A stretch of 32,000 bases of DNA, taken from contig JAXLZO010000001.1 in the NCBI GenBank assembly GCA_046350815.1, positions 1,080,001-1,112,000 of the forward strand, in the 5' to 3' direction. This DNA is from Candidatus Saccharimonadota bacterium (GTDB lineage Bacteria; Patescibacteriota; Gracilibacteria; BD1-5; UBA2023). Under the pieces are notes generated by a model. That model was not told the origin of the DNA. It was given only the letters and a program-made list of their open reading frames with translations, and made no database searches. Every line of letters starts with the position of its first letter. Positions within the stretch are counted from its first letter, which is position 1. Below are positions 21,129-29,878 of the stretch, piece by piece. The position numbers and the translations under genes were made by a program.

Positions 21129-23180
21129 CTAATTTATATTGCGAACGGACTGAGAATTATCTCGCTCTGGTTGCTTGCCAAAGATACTGGAACTAGCATC
21201 TCATTCAAACGAGATATTCTTCAAGAGAATCAGATCATCCATCATGATTCCTGAGAGGACTTCTACTTTATCGCCAGAGTTCTTACCTAGTACAACATTG
21301 ATCTCACGCACTTCATCAGATGAATACTCTCCAGGACCACGTGACGGTACGCGTAATATTTGCACAATGTAAACCCCACCAGACTGACTCACAGAGGTAC
21401 TTGGTATAAGGAGTGCTTGCTTATGATCATTATGAACAATCTCAATCTCAGCCGTCATACCATTGAGGAATACAAGATCACTAGCACTCAGCGAAAGAGT
21501 GGTTTCATAGAGGATGACTCCATTTTTGTTCTCTGGCGCAGACTCAATTGCCGTCACACTTCATGTAAATATCTTACCAGGATAGGCATCAAAACGAATA
21601 TTTGCCCGATTTCAGAGCCGAACTTTGACAATATCCACCTGATCAATCTTTGCTTTTACACTCACCATGCCAGGTGATGAAATAGATATACCCTTCGTGG
21701 CATTCGTCATATCTCCTACACGAAAATCAATCTTATCAACAACACCAGAAAAAGGAGCTCGGATCAAGAGATTATCTCGATCGCTCATCTGACGATCAAG
21801 AGTTGCCTGAGCTCGTGCTATAGCATTTTTTTGAAGTGCAATATCGGCAGCATCTGGGCCATTGAGGAGATCGGATTTAGTAGCCTGAGCAATTTCTCCT
21901 GTCTTCTGAAGAGCGAGAATCTGTGCATCGATATCTTGGTTGTTCACAATTTTCTGACGCTGGAGCGACTGCTTCTGGAGCTCCTGTGATCGAATATCAG
22001 CAACGAGTTTTTCAGAATTATTTTTGAGCTCTGAGAGTGTCACCCGATTATCAGACGTCTTTATATCCGTATTCTTCGAGAGAAGATCTTGGTTCTGCAA
22101 AGCTATCAATGACTGTTTATCGGCTTGAAGTGATGAGATTCTCGAAGAAACAGACGAGACATGAGTATTGAGTCGGGATCTATAGCCAGCAAGCACACTA
22201 TCTGTAAAAGTAGCGTCCGTGATAGAAAGATCGAGTCCTCGAAGTGAAAGTGAGAGAAAGTCATACATATCATCTACAGCAGAAGATATCTCGGAGTGAA
22301 TTTTCTCAACTTGTTCTTGAGATGGACGGCCCATGAGTGCTGTCTTCTGTTGGTTCAATCGATTCGTGATTTGCGTACGTGCCGTATACCCATCTTTTAC
22401 TTGTTGACGTACGAGGGAACTACGACCGCTGACAAAGATTTCATTTTTTGACTTTGTATCAGTATAGGTATCGAGACCATAGATCTGATCAGCATCGGTC
22501 GTGATTTGTCCCCATGAGAGGAGGAGCGCATCGACCGATGTCTGGAGGCGAACAATAATCTGTTCAAGAGCTTTTCTATCCCGATCGATCGTATCTTGTG
22601 TCTGATCTAGAATCGTCGTCCCATTTGCTTCAGCGAGTGCTATCTTCTCCTTGATAAGAGAGCTTTGATTCTTGAGATCGAGAATTTTAGCCTCAACATT
22701 TGTTATTTCTTTGTCGCTATTGAGAGCATTATCTTTTTTCTTTTGAGTAAGGAGGAGTACCTGAGAATGTGCATCGATTTTTTGTTTGTCCACTTGGAGT
22801 ACGTCTTGTTTCTTTGCTGGAGACTGTAGCTTCTGAAGTTGCAGTCGTGCATTCTCGAGGGCAAGTTTCTGATCCCGCAGTGATGCATCGACACTTTTGG
22901 TATCCAGCTCTGCGAGAATATCGCCTATTTTTATTTTCGATCACTCTGAGGTACTGATTTTCTTGATTTTCCCAGAAGTTCCAAAGTAGAGTGTCTGAGT
23001 ATCAACACGGCTCACTTCCCCAAGCACTGTGAGAGATTCATTCACTATACCAGTGCTTGCGGATACGATCGCATCAGCAGTAATTGTCGACTCGCGATGA
23101 GCATAATACCACCATACTCCAGCACCGACTGGTAGAATCATAGCGACAATCAAGAATTTCTTCGAAAAATGGAATTGCAT
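21129..23180 (-). CDS. HlyD/MacA-type membrane-fusion (periplasmic adaptor) protein with greatly extended coiled coil (683 aa)
   Basis: ORFs 22941..23180, 21612..22793 and 21201..21557 plus a tail share one frame, joined by TGA; the junctions were checked. N-terminal TM is FLIVAMILPVGAGVWWYY. Lipoyl-like half-motif GKIKKISTSEGSKIKIGDILAELD. About 400 aa of heptad-rich Q/L/S/D sequence. Second half ...IRAPFSGVVDKIDFRVGD... and a beta-barrel/MP-like C-terminus. Stop TAG 21129, 5 nt before the ATPase start. Confidence 0.85.
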
Positions 23181-23370
23181 AAGAAAGAATACATATCATA
23201 GTAGCAAATATTCTCAGAAAGAGCAACAAATTGTATTGACGAAGACAAACTTGCAATTTAAATCATTTTGTATAGCATTATTTATATGTTGAATCAATTA
23301 TATATCGTTCTAAGCATTCTTCTTCTCGAATTTTCGGGAGTTTTTGCGTAGAATTATCATTGATTCATAC

Positions 23371-23401
23371 AAAATCTCCCAATCCGATTCTGGGAGATTT
23401 T
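23371..23401 (+). other. Strong hairpin plus T-tract (terminator-like) in the leader of the small ORF
   Basis: 11-bp perfect stem aaaatctccca/tgggagatttt, 9-nt loop, followed by attttct. It ends 21 nt upstream of ATG 23422. No plus-strand gene lies upstream. Confidence 0.5.
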
Positions 23402-23421
23402 ATTTTCTATCTTTTCTCTTT

Positions 23422-23724
23422 ATGACTGAAGAATTCACACCCAACGAGGAATTTATCTACAATAGTTCCACAAATCAATATGATTCCTTTCAAAAGCTTC
23501 ATAAAGTTGAAAATCCATCCACAGTCGAAGAAACAAAGAGAAAATTCCGGACTATCATATATCCAGGTCAAAAAAGCATAAAAATTCACAAACACAACCA
23601 AATCTTTGAGCTTCCAGCATCCATTCGAGATATTACCAAGAGAGCAACCGAGTTAATTGCCACTATTGCTAATCAATCAAATGGACAACTAATTGTGACA
23701 GAATTTTTTGTGAAGTCTGAGTAG
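23422..23724 (+). CDS. Small hypothetical protein (100 aa)
   Basis: ATG 23422 to TAG 23722-23724. MTEEFTPNEEFIYNSSTNQYDSFQKLHKVENPSTVEETKRKF... Bracketed by hairpins. No recognisable motif, so coding status is uncertain. Confidence 0.35.
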   Translation: MTEEFTPNEEFIYNSSTNQYDSFQKLHKVENPSTVEETKRKFRTIIYPGQKSIKIHKHNQIFELPASIRDITKRATELIATIANQSNGQLIVTEFFVKSE

Positions 23725-23738
23725 TGTAAATTATGATC

Positions 23739-23768
23739 AAAAAATGACTCCAAATGAAGTCATTTTTT
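23739..23768. terminator. Bidirectional terminator hairpin
   Basis: aaaaaatgact/agtcatttttt stem (11 bp) with an 8-nt loop, between convergent stops at 23724 (+) and 23773 (-). Confidence 0.7.
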
Positions 23769-23772
23769 GATT

Positions 23773-24570
23773 TTATTTAAGACACATTCTTTTAATAAAT
23801 GGATCTACTGAATCTCTTTTTCGATTGTCATCACCTCGGTAATTGAGAAGAAGATTATCACAAAGTTTCAGAGCTTCACGAGATCATGGTTCGAGTCCCT
23901 GTGAAGCAAGAAAATAGCCATTTACCCAATATGGATCAATTGTGATAATTTGTTGCCCAAGATCACGGATTATAGGTGAAAAATATTGTTCTCGTTTTGG
24001 ATATTGCTTTACATAAAAAGCGATGGTATTTCCAAGATCACTCATATCTTGAGGAGAGTTTACTGCCTTCTGGAGCAAGGCAATGTAGCGTTCAGTATTT
24101 CTCTGATTTCCTCGATAAATAAGACGATTAAGATAACCAATCTTATCTCCAAAATCATCTCTACTTCATGGAACCAAACAACTTGCAGTAAAACCTCTCC
24201 ATCGTGTCATAAAACTGCATCTTTTTTTCTCTTCTGGAAATTCTAAAGCACGTTTCTCAATAAGATCATGTGCCTTATGGGCATATTCAACATCATTATA
24301 ATAAGCGAAAATACCATACGCCCCTATAACCGAAAGAAAATCAGCATAAGATAAGTCATTGATGATTTGTTCATTATTCACGTACTGCAACAATTGCTCT
24401 TGTCGAATAAAAGCAGATTCAAAATCTTGATGATTGAGAAGTTCTCAGATTTCTGAGAGCTCTTGTGATATCTCTCATGCAGAAAGCAAAGATGGGGTTT
24501 CTGAGCTTGCAGCAAATACATTTACAGGAAGTAAGAGACATACTACGAGAATAACTCTGAGGAATTTCAT
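23773..24570 (-). CDS. Hypothetical secreted protein (265 aa)
   Basis: Signal-peptide-like N-terminus MKFLRVILVVCLLLPVNVFAASSE. Track ORFs 24166..24393 and 23884..24078 are in frame and joined through TGA. The rest looks helical with no recognised domain. Confidence 0.6.
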
Positions 24571-24599
24571 AGAGTAAAAATTGAAAGGATAAAAAATAA

Positions 24600-26384
24600 C
24601 TACAACCTCTTCTCCCCTATCTCACTCTTGAGTATCTCGATGAATTCATTCATACCAACGATCGATTGTTCCTTGGTCTTGTAGTTACGCACCGCTACAC
24701 TCTTATTATTCATCTCCTGTTCACCGACAACAAGGATGTAATTCACATGCTCTGTCTCTGCATTTCGCACTTTTTTATTGAGTCCATCGGATGAGTCATC
24801 GAGACTGACACGGATACCTGCTTGCTTGAGAAGAGAGTACACTTCTTCAGCGTACGGGAAAAACGCTTCACCCACTGGGACGACTCGAGCTTGAAGTGGG
24901 GCAAGCCAAAGTGGAAAGGTTCCAGCAAAGTGCTCGATCATAATCCCCATAAATCGCTCAAGTGATCCAGAAATTGCACGATGAATCACGACTGGCTTCT
25001 CTTGTTCGCCCTTCTCATTCGTAAATGAGAGATCAAATCGATTTGGGAGATTGAAGTCACATTGAATCGTTGCGAGTTGCCACTCACGACCAATCGCATC
25101 CTTGAACATAAAATCCAATTTTGGACCATAGAACGCAGCCTCCCCTTCTACACGCTTATAATTAAGCTCATTCGACTTTGCGGCATCCTCGAGAGCTGAT
25201 TCAGCTGTCTGCCATATATCTTCACCACCGAGATATTTTTCAGGAGTTTGAGGATCTCGAACCGAGAGTGATACCCAGTACCCTTCGAGAAGACCAAATG
25301 TCTTATAAAATTCCTTGATAATTCCGACAATCGTTGATACCTCATCCTTGATCTGAGAGACACGACAGAAGAGATGTCCATCATCCTGAGTGATCGCTCG
25401 CACACGAGTGAGCCCAGAGAGCTGCCCAGTCTTCTCATCACGATACACAGTCGCAGGCTCAAAATATCGAATCGGCATATCACGATAGGAGAACTGATTA
25501 TCAGCAAATATCTGCATGTGATGTGGACAGTTCATTGGCTTGAGATGAAATTTCTCTTTACTCGTACCACCATAGACAGAGAACATATCTTCAAGATAGT
25601 GTCCAGCATGCCCAGAAGTCACATAGAGATCTTCCTTCGCGAGATGTGGAGTCCAGACTCGTAGATACCCCTTATCAGAATGAAGCTGCCAGAGGTAATC
25701 TTCGATCGCCTTACGGATAATCATACCACGAGGCTGCATAAGCGGAAGTCCTGAACCAACAAGATCAGAGATCGTGAAGAGCTTGAGCTTCTTCCCGAGG
25801 ATGCGATGATCTCGCTTCTTTGCCTCTTCGAGCATCTTTACATGCGCATCGAGCTCCTCACGAGTATCGAAGGCAAGTGCATAGATACGAGTGAGCATCT
25901 TCTTCGTACTATCTCCCCTCCAATACGCACCAGCTATCTTTTCAAGTTTGAAAGCATTCTCGTCAATACGACTTGTCTGATCGACATGAGGACCTTGGCA
26001 CATATCGACAAATATCTCTTGACCTTGTTGAGATATATTTCGATAGAAGCTAATAACAGACTCACCCTTCGCACCAAGCTCAGTCGCCATTTCAAGCTTA
26101 TACCTCTCCCCTCTTCATTCGAGATAGGTTTTTGCCTCAGAGAGTGGCAAAGAATATTGCTCAAATTTCTGATTTTGCTTAATGATTTGTTTCATCTTCT
26201 TCTCGATCTCTTTGAGGTTCTCCTCCTTGATCTCGATAGATCCAAAGTCAAAATCATAGTAAAAACCAGTATCAATATCAGGACCGATAGCCATCTGAAC
26301 AGAGTCTCCATAGAGAGATTTTACAGCCTGAGCCATAATATGTGAAAGCGAATGACGCTTAGTAGAAATTGGGAAAGTGGACAT
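24600..26384 (-). CDS. thrS: Threonine--tRNA ligase (594 aa), lacking the N-terminal TGS domain
   Basis: ORFs 26115..26384 and 24600..26090 are in frame across one TGA. The sequence aligns along E. coli ThrRS from the editing-domain HxxxH region (RHSLSHIMAQAV) through GPHV, AGAYWRGDS, RDHR, PMNCPHH, RVRAITQDDGHLFC, FYGPKLDF, HRAISGSLERF and the anticodon-binding domain. Confidence 0.95.
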
Positions 26385-26402
26385 AAGTAGGAGATAACGA
26401 GA

Positions 26403-26780
26403 TTATTTTGTTATTTTATAAGCAATAAAAAACGAAAGGGACACTGAAATCAGTATAGACAAGCATACGAAAAAAATGGAAATATCGATTCATGGGAACA
26501 ATGTAAGCATTAGACTTCAAAAAAAGATAGCACAGATAAAATATAAGGCTATGGATATAGGGATTGATAAAATCAGACATTGTAGCCACTGTCTAATGGT
26601 TCGATGAACTCAACATTGAGTTATTAAAAATAATACAATGATCAAGAATAATACCAACAAGAAAATAAACATTGTAGAGAAAATTCAAACCAATGCTTCT
26701 GTTGCTCAGTGTGCGAATGTAGCACTTGGTATACCCAAGAGAAGTAAACAAAGTAAAGTATTTTTTCGAAAAGTAGACAT
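26403..26780 (-). CDS. Small membrane protein, 'FAH-motif' paralog D (125 aa)
   Basis: MSTFRKNTLLCLLLLGIPSATFAHGATEALVGIF... then 3 hydrophobic segments. 5 in-frame TGA. Stop TAA 26403, 18 nt upstream of the thrS start. Confidence 0.55.
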
Positions 26781-26823
26781 AAGAGAAATTTACATTTAGG
26801 ACCTAAGCCAAAACAAAACAATA

Positions 26824-27078
26824 TTATAAAAACGAGGTAAATAGTATACTCATTTTAGCTAGTAAAAAAATTAAGAGAACTATTCATAATATTTTACAAA
26901 AGATTTTAAAACCTCATATAAGTAACATGAAAAAACATAAAAAACAAAAGTAAATTCAGAGATATATATAGGCCATTCCATCACCATGAGCAAACACAAT
27001 ACTTGGAGTCAAAAGCAACAAGGCAACGAATCCATATCCAACTAATCCATATCGGAGAGGAGATTGAATGAGAGACAT
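26824..27078 (-). CDS. Small membrane protein, 'FAH-motif' paralog A (84 aa, shorter)
   Basis: MSLIQSPLRYGLVGYGFVALLLLTPSIVFAHGDGMAYIYLGIYF... Only about 2 hydrophobic segments follow the motif. Possibly a truncated family member. Confidence 0.5.
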
Positions 27079-27089
27079 AAGAGAGAAGA

Positions 27090-27494
27090 TTATTTAATAA
27101 TTTGACGAGCGAGTTTTGGGGCAAAAGAGAGAAAGATACAAAGTAAAATAAATCATATCAGATAATAAAATATCCAAAACCATTCAGACAAAATAGTTAA
27201 TCCATTAACATTTAATATTCCCCAAAAATATTCCCATATCCATAAGAAGGAAGTAAATATACAAGCATAGAATAACCACGAAAGTAGTATTTGTGCGATT
27301 TTACGAACCGTGCTTCATCCGTATTTATTAGCAAAGTAACAAAATATAACAATAAAGATGATAATTGCTAGCATCAATAAAAAGAATATCAACAAGTATC
27401 AGAATCATTCTACTGTATGTGCAAACGTAATATTTGGAATAAGAATCAACAAAGCAGCTAATCAATATCGGAGAGGAGAATAAGAAAAAGACAT
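27090..27494 (-). CDS. Small membrane protein, 'FAH-motif' paralog B (134 aa)
   Basis: MSFSYSPLRYGLAALLILIPNITFAHTVEGFGYLLIFF... 3 hydrophobic segments. C-terminus ...KLARQIIK. 11-nt gap to the next gene. Confidence 0.55.
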
Positions 27495-27505
27495 AGAAGA
27501 AAAAA

Positions 27506-27925
27506 TTATTTTACGATTTTACGAACTATTTGAACAGAGATATTTGCAAGATAATTTATCCCTTTTGTAATCAAAAAAATACTAATAAGGAAAAGGCCTA
27601 CCAATCAGAAGCTGAAGTTTGTGACATTATCTCTAGTGAGATACAACATAAAAAATACACCTATAAAAACACCAAAAAGTAAGATTATAGAAAAAGTTAA
27701 AGCTATTATTCCTTGAAATATTTTTTTTGTTATAGAACCAGTAGATATCTTTTTGATTCATGCCATAATATAAAATGGTAGAAAAATAGCTGTTAGTACC
27801 ATAACAGGCAGAATAAGCATTATCAAGAAAACTCACGCATCACCATGAGCAAAAGCTACACTAGGGAATAGAACCAAAGATAAAGCAACATAAAGATATC
27901 TGAAAAAAGAATAAGAAAGAGACAT
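27506..27925 (-). CDS. Small membrane protein, 'FAH-motif' paralog C (139 aa)
   Basis: MSLSYSFFRYLYVALSLVLFPSVAFAHGDAGVFLIMLILP... 3 hydrophobic segments. C-terminus ...VQIVRKIVK. Includes track ORF 27633..27836. Confidence 0.55.
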
Positions 27926-27981
27926 ACTAAAGAAAAATTAATGGTAGATCCTGATTTTCATCAGGATGACGGATTTATATA

Positions 27982-28734
27982 GGGTCTAAACCAGTTACGG
28001 GTTATATTGACGAAGTAACTTTAGCACTTCCTTATAAATATCTTTTCATTGAATACGACAATTATATCTGAATTCAGATTCTTTCAAAAAATAGTAGAAG
28101 TAGACTTTCTTGATTCCATTGAATTGAGAGAGTCTTCTTTTGGTATAACTCCAAAATGACTCTATTCAATTAATGTGTTGAGTTCATCTTGCAAATTCAT
28201 TTGCTCCGTGATGAACACGGTAGTGTTTCTCATATCCAATATCTACAAGCCCATCATAAGCTCACCATCCATCACTGTTAATCTCAGACTCTTCTATACG
28301 AAGTTTTCATCGAATGATTGGCACGAGAGTCCTTGCTTTTACATCAGGAACTATCTCAGTATATACTTTTCAGTTTCTTTTGAGTAAACCAAAGACTATT
28401 GTCTTCATACCAGCTCACCTTCCTCTCTTTCATCGGACTCTTGTTGGTCAGAAGTAACTCTCATCTATCTCAACATTTCCAGTCCATATTTCATTCTTTT
28501 CTCTCTCACAGAGAAAGGCTATCGCCTTTCTGATATATCTATACCAATCCTGTGTTGTTTTTGGATTGAGACCTGTTAATACCGCTGTTTTATCTGAAGT
28601 AAAATCCAGAGAAAAATATTTCACAATTTCTCTTATTTTTGCATCTCAAATTCGTGATTTTTTCCTATAGGTAGTTTTACTGATCATAGAGCCAAGTTTA
28701 TGGGATAATTTATCCTGTCAACTGGTTTAGACCC
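27982..28734 (-). mobile_element. IS1595-family insertion sequence (753 bp) with 15-bp terminal inverted repeats and a 7-bp target-site duplication
   Basis: IRL gggtctaaaccagtt (27982-27996) is the exact reverse complement of 28720-28734. Flanking direct repeats ttatata at 27975-27981 and 28735-28741. A single transposase ORF fills the element. Confidence 0.9.
27995..28687 (-). CDS. IS1595-family (ISXO2-like) DDE transposase (230 aa)
   Basis: ...NVEIDESYFGPTRVRGKRGRGAGMKTIVFGLLKRNGKVYTEIVPD...INSDGWGAYDGL...HYRVHHGANEFARG..HINGIESFWSYTKRRL...FLKESEFRYN... is the typical IS1595 catalytic-core pattern. 10 in-frame TGA at Gly positions. Confidence 0.9.
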
Positions 28735-28768
28735 TTATATAAATGAATATCTTATTGAACTCTATCAA

Positions 28769-29326
28769 TTATGTCATCCTGAACTTGATTCAGGATCTTC
28801 GACTACTCCACGGATCTCATGAATCAAATTGCCCGAGGAGTGCAAAACTCTCACTATAGCTGGCGATGATATCAAGGAGTCATCGAGCCTCTTGGAGAGA
28901 AATATCCTCAATATCCTTGCGATGACTAATAAGCTCAATGGTCTTCTGAAGTTCTCCGAGTCGTTTTTGATTGATACTATAGCCTTGTATGAGATATTCC
29001 TTGAGTCTCGTCGTCGCCCATTGACGAAATCTGGTTGCCTTTCAGGAATTTGTCCGATATCAGACCGCGAGGATGACATCAAGTGAATAAAACTTCACCG
29101 GCTTATCAGAATTTGCAATATGCATTTTTTGCATATTGCTTTTTTCATCGATCTCTCCATCTCGAAAAATATTGCGAATATGGCGAGCAACGACCGATTG
29201 ATCAATATCAAAAAGCTCTACAATCTGAGTCTGACTCGCCCAGACCGTATCTTGTCTTGGATCAAGTTGCAGCTCAAGTCGATCTTCGTAGAGAATCAAT
29301 GATGTTTTTTGAAGTTGAGTGGTCAT
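28769..29326 (-). CDS. RhuM-family protein, C-terminally truncated (185 aa)
   Basis: MTTQLQKTSLILYEDRLELQLDPRQDTVWASQTQIVELFDIDQSVVARHIRNIFRDGEIDEKSNMQKMHIANSDKPVKFYSLDVILAVGYRTNSGKATRFRQWATTRLKEYLIQGYSINQKRL... matches the conserved RhuM N-terminal region. The reading frame ends inside repeat hairpin 28773-28797. Confidence 0.7.
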
Positions 29327-29343
29327 AAGGTTTTTTAGTCGAA

Positions 29344-29434
29344 GATCCTGATTTTCATCAGGATGACAAATTTTATAAATGTATACCATATCGAAATACT
29401 ATCAATTACGTCATCCTGAACTTGATTCAGGATC
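29344..29434. repeat. Composite palindromic repeat, copy B (91 bp, intact)
   Basis: gatcctgattttcatcaggatgac (29344-29367), 42-bp spacer, gtcatcctgaacttgattcaggatc (29410-29434). It lies between the RhuM start (29326) and the GIY-YIG stop (29453). Confidence 0.9.
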
Positions 29435-29452
29435 TACCTTTATCTTACAAAA

Positions 29453-29746
29453 CTAGAGGGTTATCGTTTCATAAAGGTCATCCCAATTTGGATTTATGGA
29501 TTCTATAATATCTATCTTCCATTTTCGATGCCAGTTTTTAAGTTGCTTCTCTCGTTCGATCGCTTGCCTGATATTATCAAATGCTTCATAGTATACAAGC
29601 CTTTTACAATTGTACTTCGCTGTAAAACAATTTGGATCAATCACATTTTTATGCTCGTATATGCGTTTCACAAGATCAGATGTAACTCAGATATAGAGGC
29701 TTCATCATTTCCTATTTGCAGTGATGTAGACAAATCATCCTTTCAT
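29453..29746 (-). CDS. GIY-YIG nuclease superfamily protein (97 aa)
   Basis: MKGGFVYITANRKGGSLYIG(TGA)VTSDLVKRIYEHKNVIDPNCFTAKYNCKRLVYYEAFDNIRQAIEREKQLKNWHRKWKIDIIESINPNWDDL is the textbook small GIY-YIG (URI-domain) protein. 5 TGA codons, including the Gly of YIG. Confidence 0.9.
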
Positions 29747-29815
29747 AATACAGAAGAAGTGGCAGATCTCCGACTCGCGACGACTATGTCGCTCCCTGGA
29801 CAGTTTGAGCTAGCC

Positions 29816-29834
29816 GAATCAAGTTCAGGATGAC
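29816..29834. repeat. Partial (half) copy of the palindromic repeat, inverted relative to 29410-29434
   Basis: gaatcaagttcaggatgac is the reverse complement of the first 19 nt of gtcatcctgaacttgattcaggatc. It lies between the GIY-YIG start and the NUDIX stop. Confidence 0.8.
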
Positions 29835-29878
29835 AGATTAAATGGTATTATTCGTCTTCAATATAACCAAAACAACAA

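Larger units (their letters stand above)
27947..28797. repeat. Composite palindromic repeat, copy A (91 bp once the nested IS and one TSD copy are removed)
   Basis: Hairpin 1 is gatcctgattttcatcaggatgac (27947-27970). Hairpin 2 is gtcatcctgaacttgattcaggatc (28773-28797). The 42-bp spacer is split at 27981/28735 by the IS. Both hairpins are identical to those of copy B. Confidence 0.85.

Noticed and set aside
29761-29815. GC-rich 55-bp patch upstream of the GIY-YIG gene (ggcagatctccgactcgcgacgactatgtcgctccctggacag...) as a possible tRNA fragment or att site
   Set aside because: No cloverleaf or T-loop (GGTTCGAAT-like) signature. It has only a 5-bp local hairpin, so the evidence is insufficient.
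27947-29834. Calling the palindromic repeats bona fide integron attC sites
   Set aside because: No integron integrase lies in the window and the repeat ends (GTCATCC.../...GGATGAC) do not match the canonical R''/R' cores (RYYYAAC/GTTRRRY). It is kept only as an analogy within the finding.
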